A DNA stretch of 64,000 nucleotides, taken from assembly GCA_038087875.1 (NCBI GenBank), contig CM075989.1:23376001-23440000 (forward strand). The letters run 5' to 3'. Below the pieces are notes generated by a model that worked only from the letters and a program-made list of their open reading frames with translations, was not told where the DNA came from and made no database searches. The DNA comes from Malacoraja senta. Lineage: Eukaryota. Positions 25,601 through 38,827 of the stretch are shown piece after piece; within the stretch, counting starts at the first letter, position 1; every line of letters begins with the position of its first letter. The position numbers and the translations under genes are program-made.

Positions 25601-26019
25601 AATTATTCACTGCACTCTAATGCACATTTCCACTGCTTCTGGTTCAGCTAATTCACACTGGCACTCCCAATCACATTCAGGCTCAACCATCAAAGAAGAG
25701 ATTTTGAAGGACTGCAGCAGCGTAAATGAAATAAAACAGAATGCAGCATAAAATATAAGAAGAATGCGGAAAATTACTTGTCATTGATTCAGATCAATGC
25801 AATTTACATTACTGGGGTAAAACCTGAAAATCTAATTAAAATGTTAATCTATCTGAACAGTTATAGTACAGAATATGTTTCTGCTCTATTGCGATATCTT
25901 ACTTGTACTTATTAAATAAGCTAGCTTTCTGACGATCACTGTGCTTGTATGATACCCTCAGGTCACTCCACCTCACAGTAAGTTGAAGAAAGGCCCCAAC
26001 CCAAAACGTCATAAACCCA

Positions 26020-26430
26020 TGTTTAGTTTAGTTCAGTTTAGAGATACAGTGCGGAAACAGGCCCTTCGGTCCACCTAGTCTGTGCCAGCCAGCGATTCCC
26101 ATACGCTAGCTCTATCCTACACACACTGGAGGCAATTTACAATTTTACCGAAGCCAATTAACCTACAAACCTTCAGTGTGGAATGAAACCAGAGTTTCCC
26201 GAAACCCCCCCACATTGGTCACGGGGAGAATGTACAAACTACGTACAGATAGCACCTCTAGTCAGGATTGAACGTAGGTCTCTGGTGCTGTAAGATCATG
26301 TGATAGGAGTAGAATTAGGCCATTCGGCCCATCAAATCTACTCTGCCGTTCAATCATGGCTGATCTATCTCTCCCTCCTAGCCCCATTCACCTGCCTTCA
26401 GCAACTCTACCACTGGGCCACCGTGCTGCC
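26020..26430 (-). mobile_element. SINE interrupted by a CR1 3'UTR piece
   Basis: SINE text breaks at ctgtaag (~26295) and resumes at cagcaactctacc (~26398). Confidence 0.78.
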
Positions 26431-27131
26431 CTTCTCCAGAGATGCTGCCTGACACGCAGTGTTAGATTTCAACAGCCAATACAAGCAGGCACATTTCACT
26501 GACATTAATGCTTCTGGTCAACACACATACAGAGGAAAGGAGAAGAGGACAGAAGGACAAAAAGGAACAGCAAAGAAATCAAAATGTGTTAGACCAAGTA
26601 ATAAGCTGGTCATCAAGATGGGAGACCATCGACTACATGGAAATAACAGCAGTAGCATGGATAGAAAATTGGCCAAGTGAATGAAAACAATATGTCGTGG
26701 TAAACACATTTTTTTTTTTTTGAGTGTGGAGTGCTTGTGATGGGAGCACGTCAGCACATGGACCACTTTATAAAAGCAGTGGTCCATGTGCTGACTTGTG
26801 TGGAGGACACATTATTCTTTAATGCAAAAAAAACCTAGTTAACCACAACATATTGGTGTTTCTGAATTGCCCCTTGTGTGTAGGAAGACAACATGAAACT
26901 AGTGTGAACGGGTGATGGATGTTGCGCTTGGACTCAATGGGCTGAATGGCCTGTTTCCACGCTGTATCTTTTAATCAATCCCGACATTCAAAATCATTCA
27001 AGAATTATTAAAAATTAAACAAACCATTAAAACTCATTTTAAAACTTGAGGGTTTTTAAAAATCACTTAGAGACTATTAAATAATTAATATATTAAAACA
27101 GATTTGATTAAATCAAAATTATAAATTACCT

Positions 27132-27355
27132 TGTGTAAGAAGGAACTGCAGATGCTGGTTTATACTGAAGATAGACTCAAAATGCTGGAGTAACTCAGCG
27201 GGACAGGCAGCATCTCTGGACAGGAGGAATGGGTAATGTTTCTGGGTCGAGACCCTACTTCAGACCAAGGATCTCGACCCGAAACGTCACCCATTCCTTC
27301 TCTCCAGAGATGCTGCCCATCCCGCTGAGTTACTCCAGCATTTTGTGTCTATCTG
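27132..27355. mobile_element. Penelope-like fold-back element
   Basis: Arms 27170-27262 and 27268-27354 are reverse complements around a hammerhead-derived axis. Confidence 0.83.
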
Positions 27356-27925
27356 AAGTCCCATTTCGTACCATAATTTCTTTCTGATTGAGCGACAGCC
27401 GGCGAATTCCAGCTCAGAATTGGAAATTCCTCCCCAAAGCCCTTGGTGAAAGCGGCACTTTGCAGCCTGTCATCTGGTCTTCAATTCCCCTGGGCCTCAG
27501 TGATTGACAGGAACTTTCCCACATTTAATACATTTCTCACCTCTCTCGTGTTATGAAAGCATAATAATTATTACAGAGGACTTGCAGCTATAGGTTCAAA
27601 TGTGATACTTTTGTATAGTTTATATTTAAGTTTTAATATGTCATTAATCTTCAATTATTCTGGCCTTTTTATAAAAAACTGTTCAGTTTGAGTTGATCTG
27701 AAATGCTAGCACGAAAGCATCACAATATTTTGACAGCTCCTTGACTATATTCATTTACTTCTAACTCTGTGGTAAACATCAGATTTCTGCGAAAATAAAA
27801 ACCTGCACATCTATATAACGTGGGCTCCAGGATATCTACAAGAAGGAATTTTGTGAGATGTAGCAAGTGCTACAATGTTAAAATTACAGCACCATCCCAC
27901 AGCCACCCTGCATTGATCAATACTT

Positions 27926-28410
27926 TGTGTAGGAAGGAACTGCAGATGCTGGTTTTACATGGAAAATATGGATACTGGTTTACATAGACAGGAAATGCTG
28001 GAGTAACTCAGCAGGACAGGCAACATCTCTGGAGAGAAGGAATGGGTGAAGTTTCGGGTCAAGACCCTTCTTCAGTCTGAAAGTCAGGGGAGAGGGGCAC
28101 AAGATAAGGACGTGTAAGGTGTGAAAACGAGACATCAAAAGAGATGCCGGTCAAAGAAAATGTAGAATATATCATCGTTAGACACAAAAAGCTGGAGTAA
28201 CTCAACGGGATAGGCAACATCTCTGGAGAGAAGGAATGGGTCGAGACCCTTCTTCAGACTGCATCTCGACCCAAAACGCCCCTCTGAAGAAGGGTCTCGA
28301 CTGAAACATCACCCATTCCTTCTCTCCAGAGATGCTGCCTGTACCGCTAAGTGGTCCAGCTTTTTGTGTCTATCTTCAGTTGAAACCAGCACCTGCAGTT
28401 CCTTCCTACT
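27926..28410. mobile_element. Nested PLE terminal repeats (direct and inverted)
   Basis: Repeated gctggagtaactcagc..gacccttcttcag and reverse complement; ctgaagaagggtctcgactgaaacatc near 28284. Confidence 0.78.
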
Positions 28411-28734
28411 TAGATCATTGTTAGCTCGGAGAAAGTGACAACAAAACAGACGGTGATAAAAATGACCAGAGAGAATTCACTTGCTTTACTTGTCATGAGA
28501 TTTGCTACATCTCCCTGAGGAGATATTGAACCCCAGTTAAATGATGCAAGCAAGAATCACTCCTCCAACAGTACAGCTCTCGCTCCGTGCAGCGTTGGAG
28601 CTCCAGCCTGGATTGCTTGCTGTGGTTTCAGTTTATTATTATCATCACCTGTACCAAGCGATAGTGAAAAGCTGTGCGTTCATGCCGTCTCTAGGCTCTG
28701 GAATGGATCCTGAACCTGTGACTTTCTAACTCAA

Positions 28735-29200
28735 TGGGGGACCTCATTGAAACTTACCGAATAGTAAGGCGCCAGGATAGAGTGGATTTGGAGAAGATGT
28801 TTCCACTAATGGGAGAGTCTAGGACCAGAGGGCACAGCCTCAGAATAAAAGGATGTATCTTTAGAAAGGAGATGGGGGGGGGGGGGGGAATTCTTTAGGT
28901 AGAGGGTGGTGAATCTGTGGAATTCATTGCCACAGACGGCTGTGGACACCAAGTCATTGGGGATTTTTAAGGATGAGATTGATAGGTTTTGGATTATTAC
29001 GTGTCAGGGGTTAAGGGGAGAAAGGGTTGAGAGAGAAAGATAGATCAGCTGTTCATAAGTTATAGGGAGCAGAATTATGCCATTTGGCCCACCACTCAAC
29101 CCTATTCTCCTGCCTTCTCCCCGTAACCCCTGACACCCATTTGATTGAGTGGCAGAGAAGACTTAATGGGCCAAATGACCTACTTCTGCTCCTGTGACTT
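28735..29200 (+). mobile_element. CR1 3' end
   Basis: GDLIETYRIV..DRVD..MFPL.GESRTRGHSLRIK remnant and 3'UTR. Confidence 0.82.
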
Positions 29201-29707
29201 AAGACCTCAATCGACCAAATGTGGAAAGATGTCAGCCATTTTCATTGTTCTCTAGACCATGACTAAGTTGGCATGCGTTGCTACATTCAATAGATCAGAG
29301 GGATTTTGCAGCAAACAGAACCAAACATTACAACAAAAATTAAACTACCTATTTGGAACTTGTTGCAGTCAGTTTTAATTTAAAAACGTCATTAAATTTT
29401 TTAATGCACTCTGGCAGGAAATGGTTTAGGTGCCTTTAATTAGGTTTGGGAGTGATGGAACATAAACTCATCCTGGACACATACATGAGGTGCAATGTAA
29501 TGGTGCATGCAAAACTGAAGCCAATAGCTAATTTCAACCTCAAACCTCATTTTCTATGGGTAAGGTGCAGACGTTTGTACGTTCTCCCTGAGGGTTTTCC
29601 CCGGCTGCTCCTTCTTCCTCCCACACGCCAGAAACGTACAGGTTTGTAGGTTAATTTGGCTTCATTAAAAATTGTAAATTGTCCTTAGTGTGTGTGGGAT
29701 ACTGTTA

Positions 29708-30258
29708 TGGGCCTGTCCCACTTAGGCGATTTTTTTTGGCGACTGTCACAGTCGTAGCAGGTTGCTGAAAAACCGGCAACTGGACCCCCTTATGACAATG
29801 TCTACAACAACCTACCACCTAGTCGACGTCCAGCTACGGCAAGCTAACGACAACCGGCGACCCATTAGGACGTTGACCTACGGCCACATCTACGTCCACC
29901 CGTGACAAGCTATGACAAGGCAAGACAATTCAGTCGCCGGTACCCGTCGCTAGTTGACGTAGGTAGTCGCCAATGGACTTCACCAAAGTCAGCACCGGCA
30001 ACAACCTATGTCATCCTGGCGACAACAACGACAGCACCTACGTCAGGAGAAGTCAAGCTACGCTCATTGGCATCAAGCCAACTGTCGCCGAAAAGTTTTA
30101 AACATTTCAAAATCCAGCGACGACCAGAAAAACACTACGATTCTTTGGGCGACTGAGGAGACGACTCGCGACCATACAGGCGACACCCCGGCAACCATGT
30201 GGCGACAGCCTAGTCGCCTGCAGTCGCCTAAAAAAATCGCCTAAGTGGGAGAGGGGCA
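29708..30258. mobile_element. PIF/Harbinger-type non-autonomous element inside a SINE
   Basis: TIR tgggcctgtcccacttaggcgattttt/aaaaaatcgcctaagtgggagaggggca; TTA duplicated at 29705-29707 and 30259-30261; SINE continues across. Confidence 0.87.
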
Positions 30259-32970
30259 TTAGTGTACAGGGATCACTGGTCGGCATAGAATCGGTGGGCC
30301 GAAGGGCCTGTTTTCATGCTGTATCTTTAAAACTCAGACCCACTGAGTTACACCAACAATGTTTTTTTTTTTTTAAATCGCGCCCCTTTATCATATTTGT
30401 TTTGTTCTTCCAGCTGTAATTTTAAAATGCAGAGACTCCGTTCTGATCAATAACACAATGTGCTGCAATTTCAGCAGAACCATTAATCCATGATTTGAAA
30501 CAGTTATCAACACTGACAGGATACGTAGGATTAAGCATTCAAACGCTCTTTTCTGTGGAATAATTTCAGGATCATTTTTTTGATATCCTTATATACTTAT
30601 GGAGTAGGAAACAAAACTATACATAGTAACCAGCAATGGCAAAATACAACTCTTTGGTGGATTACAGGATGTTGTAAAATAAAAGTATGGTCTCACCAAC
30701 AACTTGTGCAATTGCACACTAGTTCTCAACTGCTTACAATGAAGTGGAAGCAAAATGTTTCCACATAGAAAGATCTAACGACAGGAATTCAAGGTCGACG
30801 CCAAGATAATGTGAGCCAATCTCATGATAATTGGTTTACCAACAGCCAAGGATGTCCAAATCCACAACTCCCCCAAAATGGTCACAAGTAGATAGAGAAG
30901 GCAGACACAAAATGTTTGAGTAACTCAGCGTCTCTGGATAGAAGGAATGGGTGACGTTTTGGGTCGAGACCTTTCTTCAGACTCAAAGAAGGCATATGGT
31001 ATGCTTGCCTTCACCCATCAGTGTATTAAGTACAAGAGTCAGGAAGTCATGTTGCAGATAGTTTGTGATTGAGAGATGTGAAAATTGAGCAATTGCTAAA
31101 CTATTCTTATTTTAAATTAATGAAAAGTAACTTCTCTTTAAGCAGCATGTCATGATTTAAATGTAACCAGACAACATCAGTGGAAGAATGAGATGGACAC
31201 AAAGCCCTGGAGTAACTTAGCAGGTCAGGTAACATCTCTGGGGGAAAAAAGGGCAGGTGACGATTCGGGTCAGGACCCTTCTTTCGACTTCTGATTTATT
31301 CCAGCACTATGTCACCCATCCTTTTTCTCCAGAGTTACTGCCTGAACTGCTGAGTTACTCCAGCACTTTGCATCCACCTTTGAAACATCACCCATTCCTT
31401 TTCTCCAGAGAAGCTGCCTGTCCCGTTGAGTTACTCCAGCATTTTGTGCCTATCTTTGTCTGTGTAAACCAGCATCTCTAGTTCCTTCCTACACACCTTA
31501 TTAACAACTGGAGAGCAGTCCGAAGCTACCAGCTACCTTATTGAAAACCCTTGGACTATCTTTAATTGGCCTTTATCTTGCACTAAACGTTAATCCCTTC
31601 ATCCTGTATCTTTACACAGTGGATGGTTCGATTAATAGACAATAGGTGCAGGAGTAGGCCATTTGGCCCTTCGAGTCAGCACCGCCATTCAATGTGATCA
31701 TGGCTGATCTATCTAGCTCTCTCTTGAAAGCATCCAGAGAACCTGCCTCCACTGCCCTCTGAGGCAGAGAATTCCAGACTGTAATCATGTATTGTCTTTC
31801 CGCTGACTGGATAGCACGCAATAAAAAGCTTTTCACTGTACCTCAGTACACGTGACAATAAACTAAACGCCTCCATCTGCCTAGATCTTGTCCTCAACAT
31901 CTCTGGGTTGGGGACCAAATCTTCTCATGTAGAAAGAAGGAACTGCAGATGCTGGTTAATACACAAAAGGACACAAAGTGCTTGAGCATCTCAGAGGGTC
32001 AGGCAGCATGTCTGGCGAACATTGGTGGGCGACATCTTGGGTCAAAACCCTTCATCAGACCTCTGATTTACTCCAATATTACGTGCTGATTTATTCCAGC
32101 ACTATGTCACCCATCCTTTTTCTCCAGAGTTACTGCCTGAACTGCTGAGTTACTCCAGCACTTTGCATCCACCTTTGAAACATCACCCATTCCTTTTCTC
32201 CAGAGATGCTGCCCGACTTGTAACCCCGAGTTACTCCACCACTTTGTGACCAAATCTTTTCATCGGGTTATGGTGGGGGAAATGCTCTTGACTGAGACTA
32301 CAAAAGAGTCCACTGGAAATAAATCAGCGGCACACTGACTTCCATCACGAAATATAAATAAAACAATCCAACTGTCATTCCCAGTATAAGCAGGTCTCAG
32401 CTAAAGTAGAGGTGGGAGATGAATGAACAGACACAGCCCATTACACTTCGATGCTCGGCCTCAATAATGAATGGGATTTCATTGCATGATGCTTTCGGCA
32501 GCGAGGACAAGATGTGGGATCTGTCTCCGATCGACCCTCGGGAGTAACAACACGGGGAATGTCCAAAGAACATTTCACCCATTCCTGTCCACATCCAAGT
32601 CAAAATCTCAGTGTCGACATACATCGCTGTGGCTCCCTTGACCGCGAGTAATTGTCCCATCCCACAACAGAAACATGTCCAATTTGCAACTGGGGGGGAA
32701 GAGAGCGGTGCAACGGTTAAGAACAATGAAGAAGCACAACGCTGAGAAAGTGTCCCTAACAATGAAATCAAACCAGGATTGTTTCTCAACAGGGGCGTGT
32801 TACAACCCACTAACCTGTTTTCACCCACTCTTATCTGCACATGTATTTAAATCGAGATTCTCTTCTTTTTTTTTCGCGTGTGTCTCCACAATTCTCCCGG
32901 GAAATATCTGTGCAGATTAAAACAAGGAGTCTAAATGTGGAACAAAGTTTGCAATCTTTCCTGTACATAC

Positions 32971-33085
32971 CTTTGGGATCTTGCAGGAGCGACGCTGCCC
33001 TCTCTCTCTCTCTCTATCTCTCCACAGCGGCCGGTTCTTGCCTCTCTGCACCGGCCCACGTCGGTCACAAACCGCCCACCCCCAT
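32971..33085 (-). promoter_or_regulatory. Candidate CpG-rich promoter and non-coding first exon (minus strand)
   Basis: Donor AAG|GTATGT at 32971/32970, GC box ggggtgggcgg (~33072-33083), (GA)n tract, repeat-free CpG-rich context. Confidence 0.4.
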
Positions 33086-33534
33086 TTAGAAAGTAGCCGG
33101 TGGAATAACACAGGTATTGGGACGAGGCAGGTGAGGCGACCAGCCACAGACTGCAAGCGGAGGCTCAATAACTCACCGAGTGCCAGCTCCCCTGAGCTAG
33201 TCTGTTCAAAACCATCTCCTTCCACCCTCCTCCCTCCCCAATAAGCCACAAGATAGCATTGTAGCTCCCCTTAGCGTCCAGAGATAGTCATACCTTCTCC
33301 ATCTGCCTGGCCAAATTACTGCCAGCTATTTTCACTGATTAATTCATACGTGATAGGAGCAGGATTAGGCCATTCGGTCCATCAAGTCTACTCCGTCATT
33401 CAATCATGGCTGATCTATCTTTCTCTCTCAACCCCATTCTCCTGCCTTCTCCCCATAACCCCTGACACCCGTACTAACCAAGAATATGTCTATCTCTGCC
33501 TTAAAAATTATTGAAAGACACAGCCTCAAACTAT

Positions 33535-34205
33535 CTTAGAGTGAAACAGCGTGGAAACAGGCCCTTCGGCCCAACTTGCCCACACCGACCAACATGTCCC
33601 ATCTGCACTAGTCCCACCTACCTGCGTTTGGCCCACATCCCCCTAAACCTATCCTATCCATGTACCTATCTAGTTGTTTCTTAAATGTTGCAATAGTCCT
33701 TGCCTCATATACCTCCTCCAGCAACTCATTCCATCTTTGATTGGACTTTACTGGACTTTATCTTGCACTAAATGCTATTCCCTTTAAGTTCCACCTGCCC
33801 AAGTTTGGCCCATATCCCTCCAAACCTGTCCTATCCATGTACCTGTCTGTTTCTTAAATGTTGCGATAGTCCCTGTGTCAATTACCTCCTCTGGCAGCTT
33901 GATTCATACACCCACCACCCTTTGTGTGAAAAAGTGACCCCTCAGATTCCTATGAAATCTTTTCCCCTTCATCTTAAACCTGTGTCCTTTGGTCCTCGAT
34001 TCACCTACTCAGGGCAAGAGACTCTGTGCATCTATCCAATCTATTCCTCTCATGATTTTACACACCTCTAGAAGATCACCCCTCATCCTCCTGAGCTCCA
34101 AGGAATAGAGTCCCAACCGACTCAACCTCTCCCTACAGCTCAGACCCTCGGGTCCTGGCAACATCCTCGTAAATCTTCTCTGTACCGTTTCCAGCTTGAC
34201 AACAG
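33535..34205 (-). mobile_element. CR1 3' ORF2 and UTR fragments
   Basis: VVKLETVQRRFTRMLPG..LGLYSLELRRMRGDLLEVCKIMRGID. Confidence 0.88.
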
Positions 34206-34209
34206 GTCT

Positions 34210-34355
34210 CGGATGCATTTGATCCCCCGCGGTGCCAGCAGTCCCGGAAATCCCCAGGGTGCCCGTGGACACTGCGTGTTCCTTTTCGGGGGGCTCTCGG
34301 TCACGGACGTCACCCCGGGAAAGGGGCAAGCAGTCGGCTCGAGCAGAGCCCCTTG
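34210..34355 (-). mobile_element. Possible Tx1/L1-clade ORF2 C-terminal fragment
   Basis: Frameshifted DCLPLSRGDVRDREPPEKEHAVSTGTLG..APRGIKCI resembles Tx1-like ORF2 ends (recalled, not searched). Confidence 0.5.
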
Positions 34356-35181
34356 TGTTGGAGATGAGGAAGGGGTCTCAGTGTGGCACCTGCATTGAGT
34401 GAAAACATTGAGTGATATTGTCACGTGTACTTGGTACAGTGAGATTCTTTGTGTGCATGTATGCAAGAGTAAGCATGCAAGAGTAATCCCTGCCTCAGAG
34501 GCAGGTTCTCTGGATGCTTTCAAGAGAGAGCTAGATAGGGCTCTTAAAAATAGCGGAGTCAGGGGATATGGGGAGAAGGCAGGAACGGGGTACTGATTGG
34601 GGATGATCAGCCATGATCACATTGAATGGCAGTGCTGGCTCAAAGGGCAAATGGCCTACTCCTGCACCTATTGTCTATTGTTTATAAAGGGTGCCAAGAA
34701 AGTTACAAAAGTATTCAACATCATTCCTCTTCCTTCTGCCCCCTGCCCCCCCCCCCCCCGAAATGAGAATTATCACCTCCCTTGCATCAAAATGAAGAGC
34801 AGTCCTGAACTATTATCTACCTCATTGGTAACCCTCGGACTATCTTTGATCAGACTTTGCTGGCTTTACCTTGCACTAAATGTTACTCCCTTATCATGTA
34901 TCTGTACACTGTGAATGGTTCGATTGTAATCATGTATTGTCTTTCTGCTGACTGGTTAGCACACAACAAAAGCTATTCACTGTTCCTTGGTACACGTGAC
35001 ATGAAACTAAATTGAACACTTTCTTCTCTGCCATTCTCAATGATTCTGAATTCCATCCAGACATATTCAGGGTGGATAACGGCATTCCTGTAACGTTTCA
35101 GACACACATTACGTTCCGATAATACGCTGAGTATCCCATGCAGAATTTCCAATCGTTCCTGTTCTGAATCCTTGGTACTAA

Positions 35182-35432
35182 TGGGCCTGTCCCACTTACG
35201 TGATTTTTTCGGCGACTTGCCTGCACCCGTCACAGTCGCAGCAGGACGCCGAAATTTTTCAACATGTTGAAAATCCAGTGGCGACCAGAAAAAGGTACGA
35301 CTCTTTGGGCGACTACTCACGACCATACAGGTGTCACATGTTGACATGTCGACACGTGACGCCTGTATGGTCGTGAGTAGTCGCCCAACGAGTGGCAGTC
35401 GCTGAATAAATCGCGTAAGTGGGACAGGCCCT
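35182..35432. mobile_element. PIF/Harbinger-type MITE
   Basis: TIR gggcctgtcccacttacg/cgtaagtgggacaggccc; TAA duplicated at 35179-35181 and 35433-35435. Confidence 0.88.
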
Positions 35433-35879
35433 TAAGGATATTACGCTGTTCTCTTCCACCATCATATACATTACAGGTCGAAAGGTCTTTGGAGGGGGGG
35501 AATTAATCCCATGTGGTGGCAATAGACCTGCATACAATCTCTTGTGCATATTAAATATTAACTGCAACTGCTTGACTCCACATTCAACAGTGTGTAGGCA
35601 TGGGACAGGTCCAATAACATCTACTGCATGCTTCACAGCTCCACGGACCCAAGTTCAATCCTGATCTCCAGTGCTGTCGCGTAGGGTTTGCAAGTCCTCA
35701 TTGTTATTATGTGGGTTATCCCAGATACTCCCGTAATCCAAACGCATGCCGGCTGCCAGTTGACCGGGTTAATCGGCTAATTTATCTCTGGTGGAGGTTG
35801 ATGGCAGGAGAAGAAGGTCAAGTGAGAGAGGGTAAGAGGAGGAATGGCAGCAAAGGGAATTACTCTGAAAGCTAGTATA

Positions 35880-36130
35880 GTTTAGTTTAGCTTAGAGATT
35901 CCCATACACTAGCAATATCCTACACACACTCGGGACAATTTACAATCTTTACAACAGCCAATTAACCTAACCTACAAACCTGTACGTCTTTGGAGTGTGA
36001 GAGATCCAGAGAAAACCGACGTGATCACAGGGAGAATGTAAAAAACACTGTACAGACAAGCACCCACAGCCAGAATCGAACCTGGGCCCTAGGGGCTGTA
36101 AGCCAGTAGCTCTACCGCTGCGCCACCATG
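35880..36130 (-). mobile_element. tRNA-derived SINE
   Basis: SINE consensus on the minus strand; another copy at 36660-36950. Confidence 0.82.
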
Positions 36131-37019
36131 CTTAGAGAAATGATTTCAGACCTGGAACAGAAGTATCTTTGATAAGGAGGTGGGAATGCGAGGCTTTGTT
36201 GTGTTTTAATTAATTCACGCAGCTGAATGACACTCAATGCTGCGACAGAAGAAGGGTCTCGACCCGAAACGTTGCCTATTTCCATCGCTCCATAGATGCT
36301 GCCTCACCCGCTGAGTTTCTCCAGCATTTTTGTCTACCAATGCTGCTGAAGTTGGGTTGGGTGATTTGCAACCGAGGCAATGCAGACCTAGATGTGTCTG
36401 ATCTTTTGACTACGAAATAACAGCATCAAGCAGAAACGGTGACATCCAGCTGTGTACATCCATCCTCAATAGCCATGCAGATTGTTTAACAAATAGCACA
36501 GTACCTGACATGCAGAACAGCATGTTTAGAATCTTATTAAGTAGATATTTAATGCATGTCGGTCAACAATAAATGCGCCTCCTACCAGGCTGAGAGGAAG
36601 TAATGTTCATTTCTGCTACGTGCCAGATCTCATTGAGTTCATTTTAATGTTGGGTGATGTAGACTTTAAACTTTAGACTTCAGAGATACAGCCCGGAAAC
36701 AGGCCCTTCGGTCCACCGAGTCTGCGCCAACCAGTGATCACCCGTACGCAAGTTCTATCCTACATACTGGGGACAATTTATAGAGGCCTATTAACTTACA
36801 AATCGTGGGAGGAAGCCGGAGCATCTGGAGAAAAACCATGCGCTCAGAGATAATGTACAAACTCCGTACAGACAGCACCCATAGTCATGATTGAACCCAG
36901 GTCTCTGATGCTTTTAGGAGCAACTCCACCGCTACGCCACTGTGCCGCCCATATTCAGACATATAGAGTAATAGGCTATTGCTGAGGGAATTGTACAATT
37001 ACACAATGCAATTGGTATG

Positions 37020-38035
37020 AGCGGGGACCTCATTGAAACTTACCGAATAGTGAAAGGCCTGGATAGAGTGGATGTGGAGAGGATATTTCTGCTAGTGGGA
37101 GAGTCTAAGACCAGAGGCCACAGCCTCAGAATAAAAGCATGTGCCTTTAGAAAGGAAATAAGAAGGAATTTCTTTGGTAAGAGGGTGGTGTATCTGTGGG
37201 ATTCATTACCACAGACGGCTGTGGAGGACGTCAATGGATATTTTTAAGGTGGAGATTGACAGATTCTTGATTAGTACAGGTGTCAATGGTTATGGGGAGA
37301 AGGCAGGAGAATGGGGTTTTGAGGGAAAGACAGATCAGCCATGATTCAATGGCAGAGTAGACTGACATACAGAAAAATAAAATGCCCTCATGATGCAGTT
37401 ATACAGCTCTAAAATATCACCCCTCAATTTCCTGCTCTCCAAGGAACAAAATCCTAGCCTGTTCAACCTCTCCTTGTAGCCCAGGCCTGTTGTGTTTCTG
37501 GTCATTGTTGATCGCCAGGATATTGATGATGGAGTTCTCAGTGATGGTCATTCCATTGAGGGTCAGGTGGAGATGGCTGGACTCTGCTTTCTTGGAGATG
37601 AATGTTGTCTGGCACCAATATTAGTTGACACATTCCAGTCCACATCTAAATGTGGTCCAGGTCTTGCTACATGCTGAATTTACACTGTATATACAATTAT
37701 GAGAGACATAGATAGGGTAGAATTGTGAAAATCTTTTTCCCAGGGTGGACATTTTTCAACACTAGAGGGCGTAGCTATGAGGTGAGATGGGGAAGGTTTA
37801 ATGAAGACATGCGGGGCAAGTTCAGTATAGAGAGTATTTTGGGCGTAGGAACGCACTGTCAGGGGTGGTGGTGGAGGCAGGTACGATAGTGGTGTTCAAG
37901 AGGCTTTTGGATAGGCACATGGAAGTGCCGTGAATAGAGGGACATGGATCATGTACAGGCAAATGAGATCAGTTCAGCTAGGCATCATGTTTGGCACAAA
38001 CATTGTTGGTCAAAGGGCTCGTTCTATGGTCTATG
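37020..38035 (+). mobile_element. CR1 3' fragments (37020-37365 and 37690-38035)
   Basis: GDLIETYRIVKGLDRVDVERIF..RGHSLRIK; second copy older and more decayed. Confidence 0.8.
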
Positions 38036-38827
38036 TTCCGCTGGGATGGGCTGCTTCATTTGTTGAGTAGGAGGAAATAGAATTGAATGTTATAAAATCA
38101 TCAGCCAATATCCTCTCTGACCTTATGATAGAAGAAAGGCAACTGAATCATCCTACCACAACCAGAGAGCATCCCTGATCCACTATCCACCTCATTGGTG
38201 ACCCTCGGACTATCCTTGATTGGATTTTGCTGGATTTACTTAGCACTAAACATTATTCCCTTATCATGTATCTATACACTGTAAATGGCTCGATTGTAAG
38301 CATGTTTTGTCTATCCGCTGACTGGATAGCGCACAACAAAAGCTTTTCACTGTACCTCGGTACACGTGACAATAAACTAAACTAAAACTAATGAAGCAGT
38401 TATGATGGTTGGGTCTAGGACATTGCCTTGAGATCTCCTACAGTGACGTCCAGGGGTTGAGGTGATTGAATTCAATCCCAGCTCTTTGTGTGTGGTATCA
38501 CTACAACTATTGGCGTGTTCTCCTCATTGACCATTGACTTTGGTTTATTGGGGCTTGTTGAAGTCACACACTAAAGATGAACTTAATATCAAGGGCAGTC
38601 CCCTCATTTCATGTCTGGAATTCAGTTCTTGGGTCATGGAGTCATAAAACACAAAAACAGGTCCTTCGGCCCAATTTGCCGATGCTGACCAAGATGCCCC
38701 CATCTACACTAGTCCCACCTGCCATGTTACCTATCCAACTTTTCCAGTCCTTTTCATTAACTTTACCATTTCCCTCATCTTCTTGAATGTGTCCAGAACC
38801 TAAGGGATCCTTGCACACAGTCTAGAA

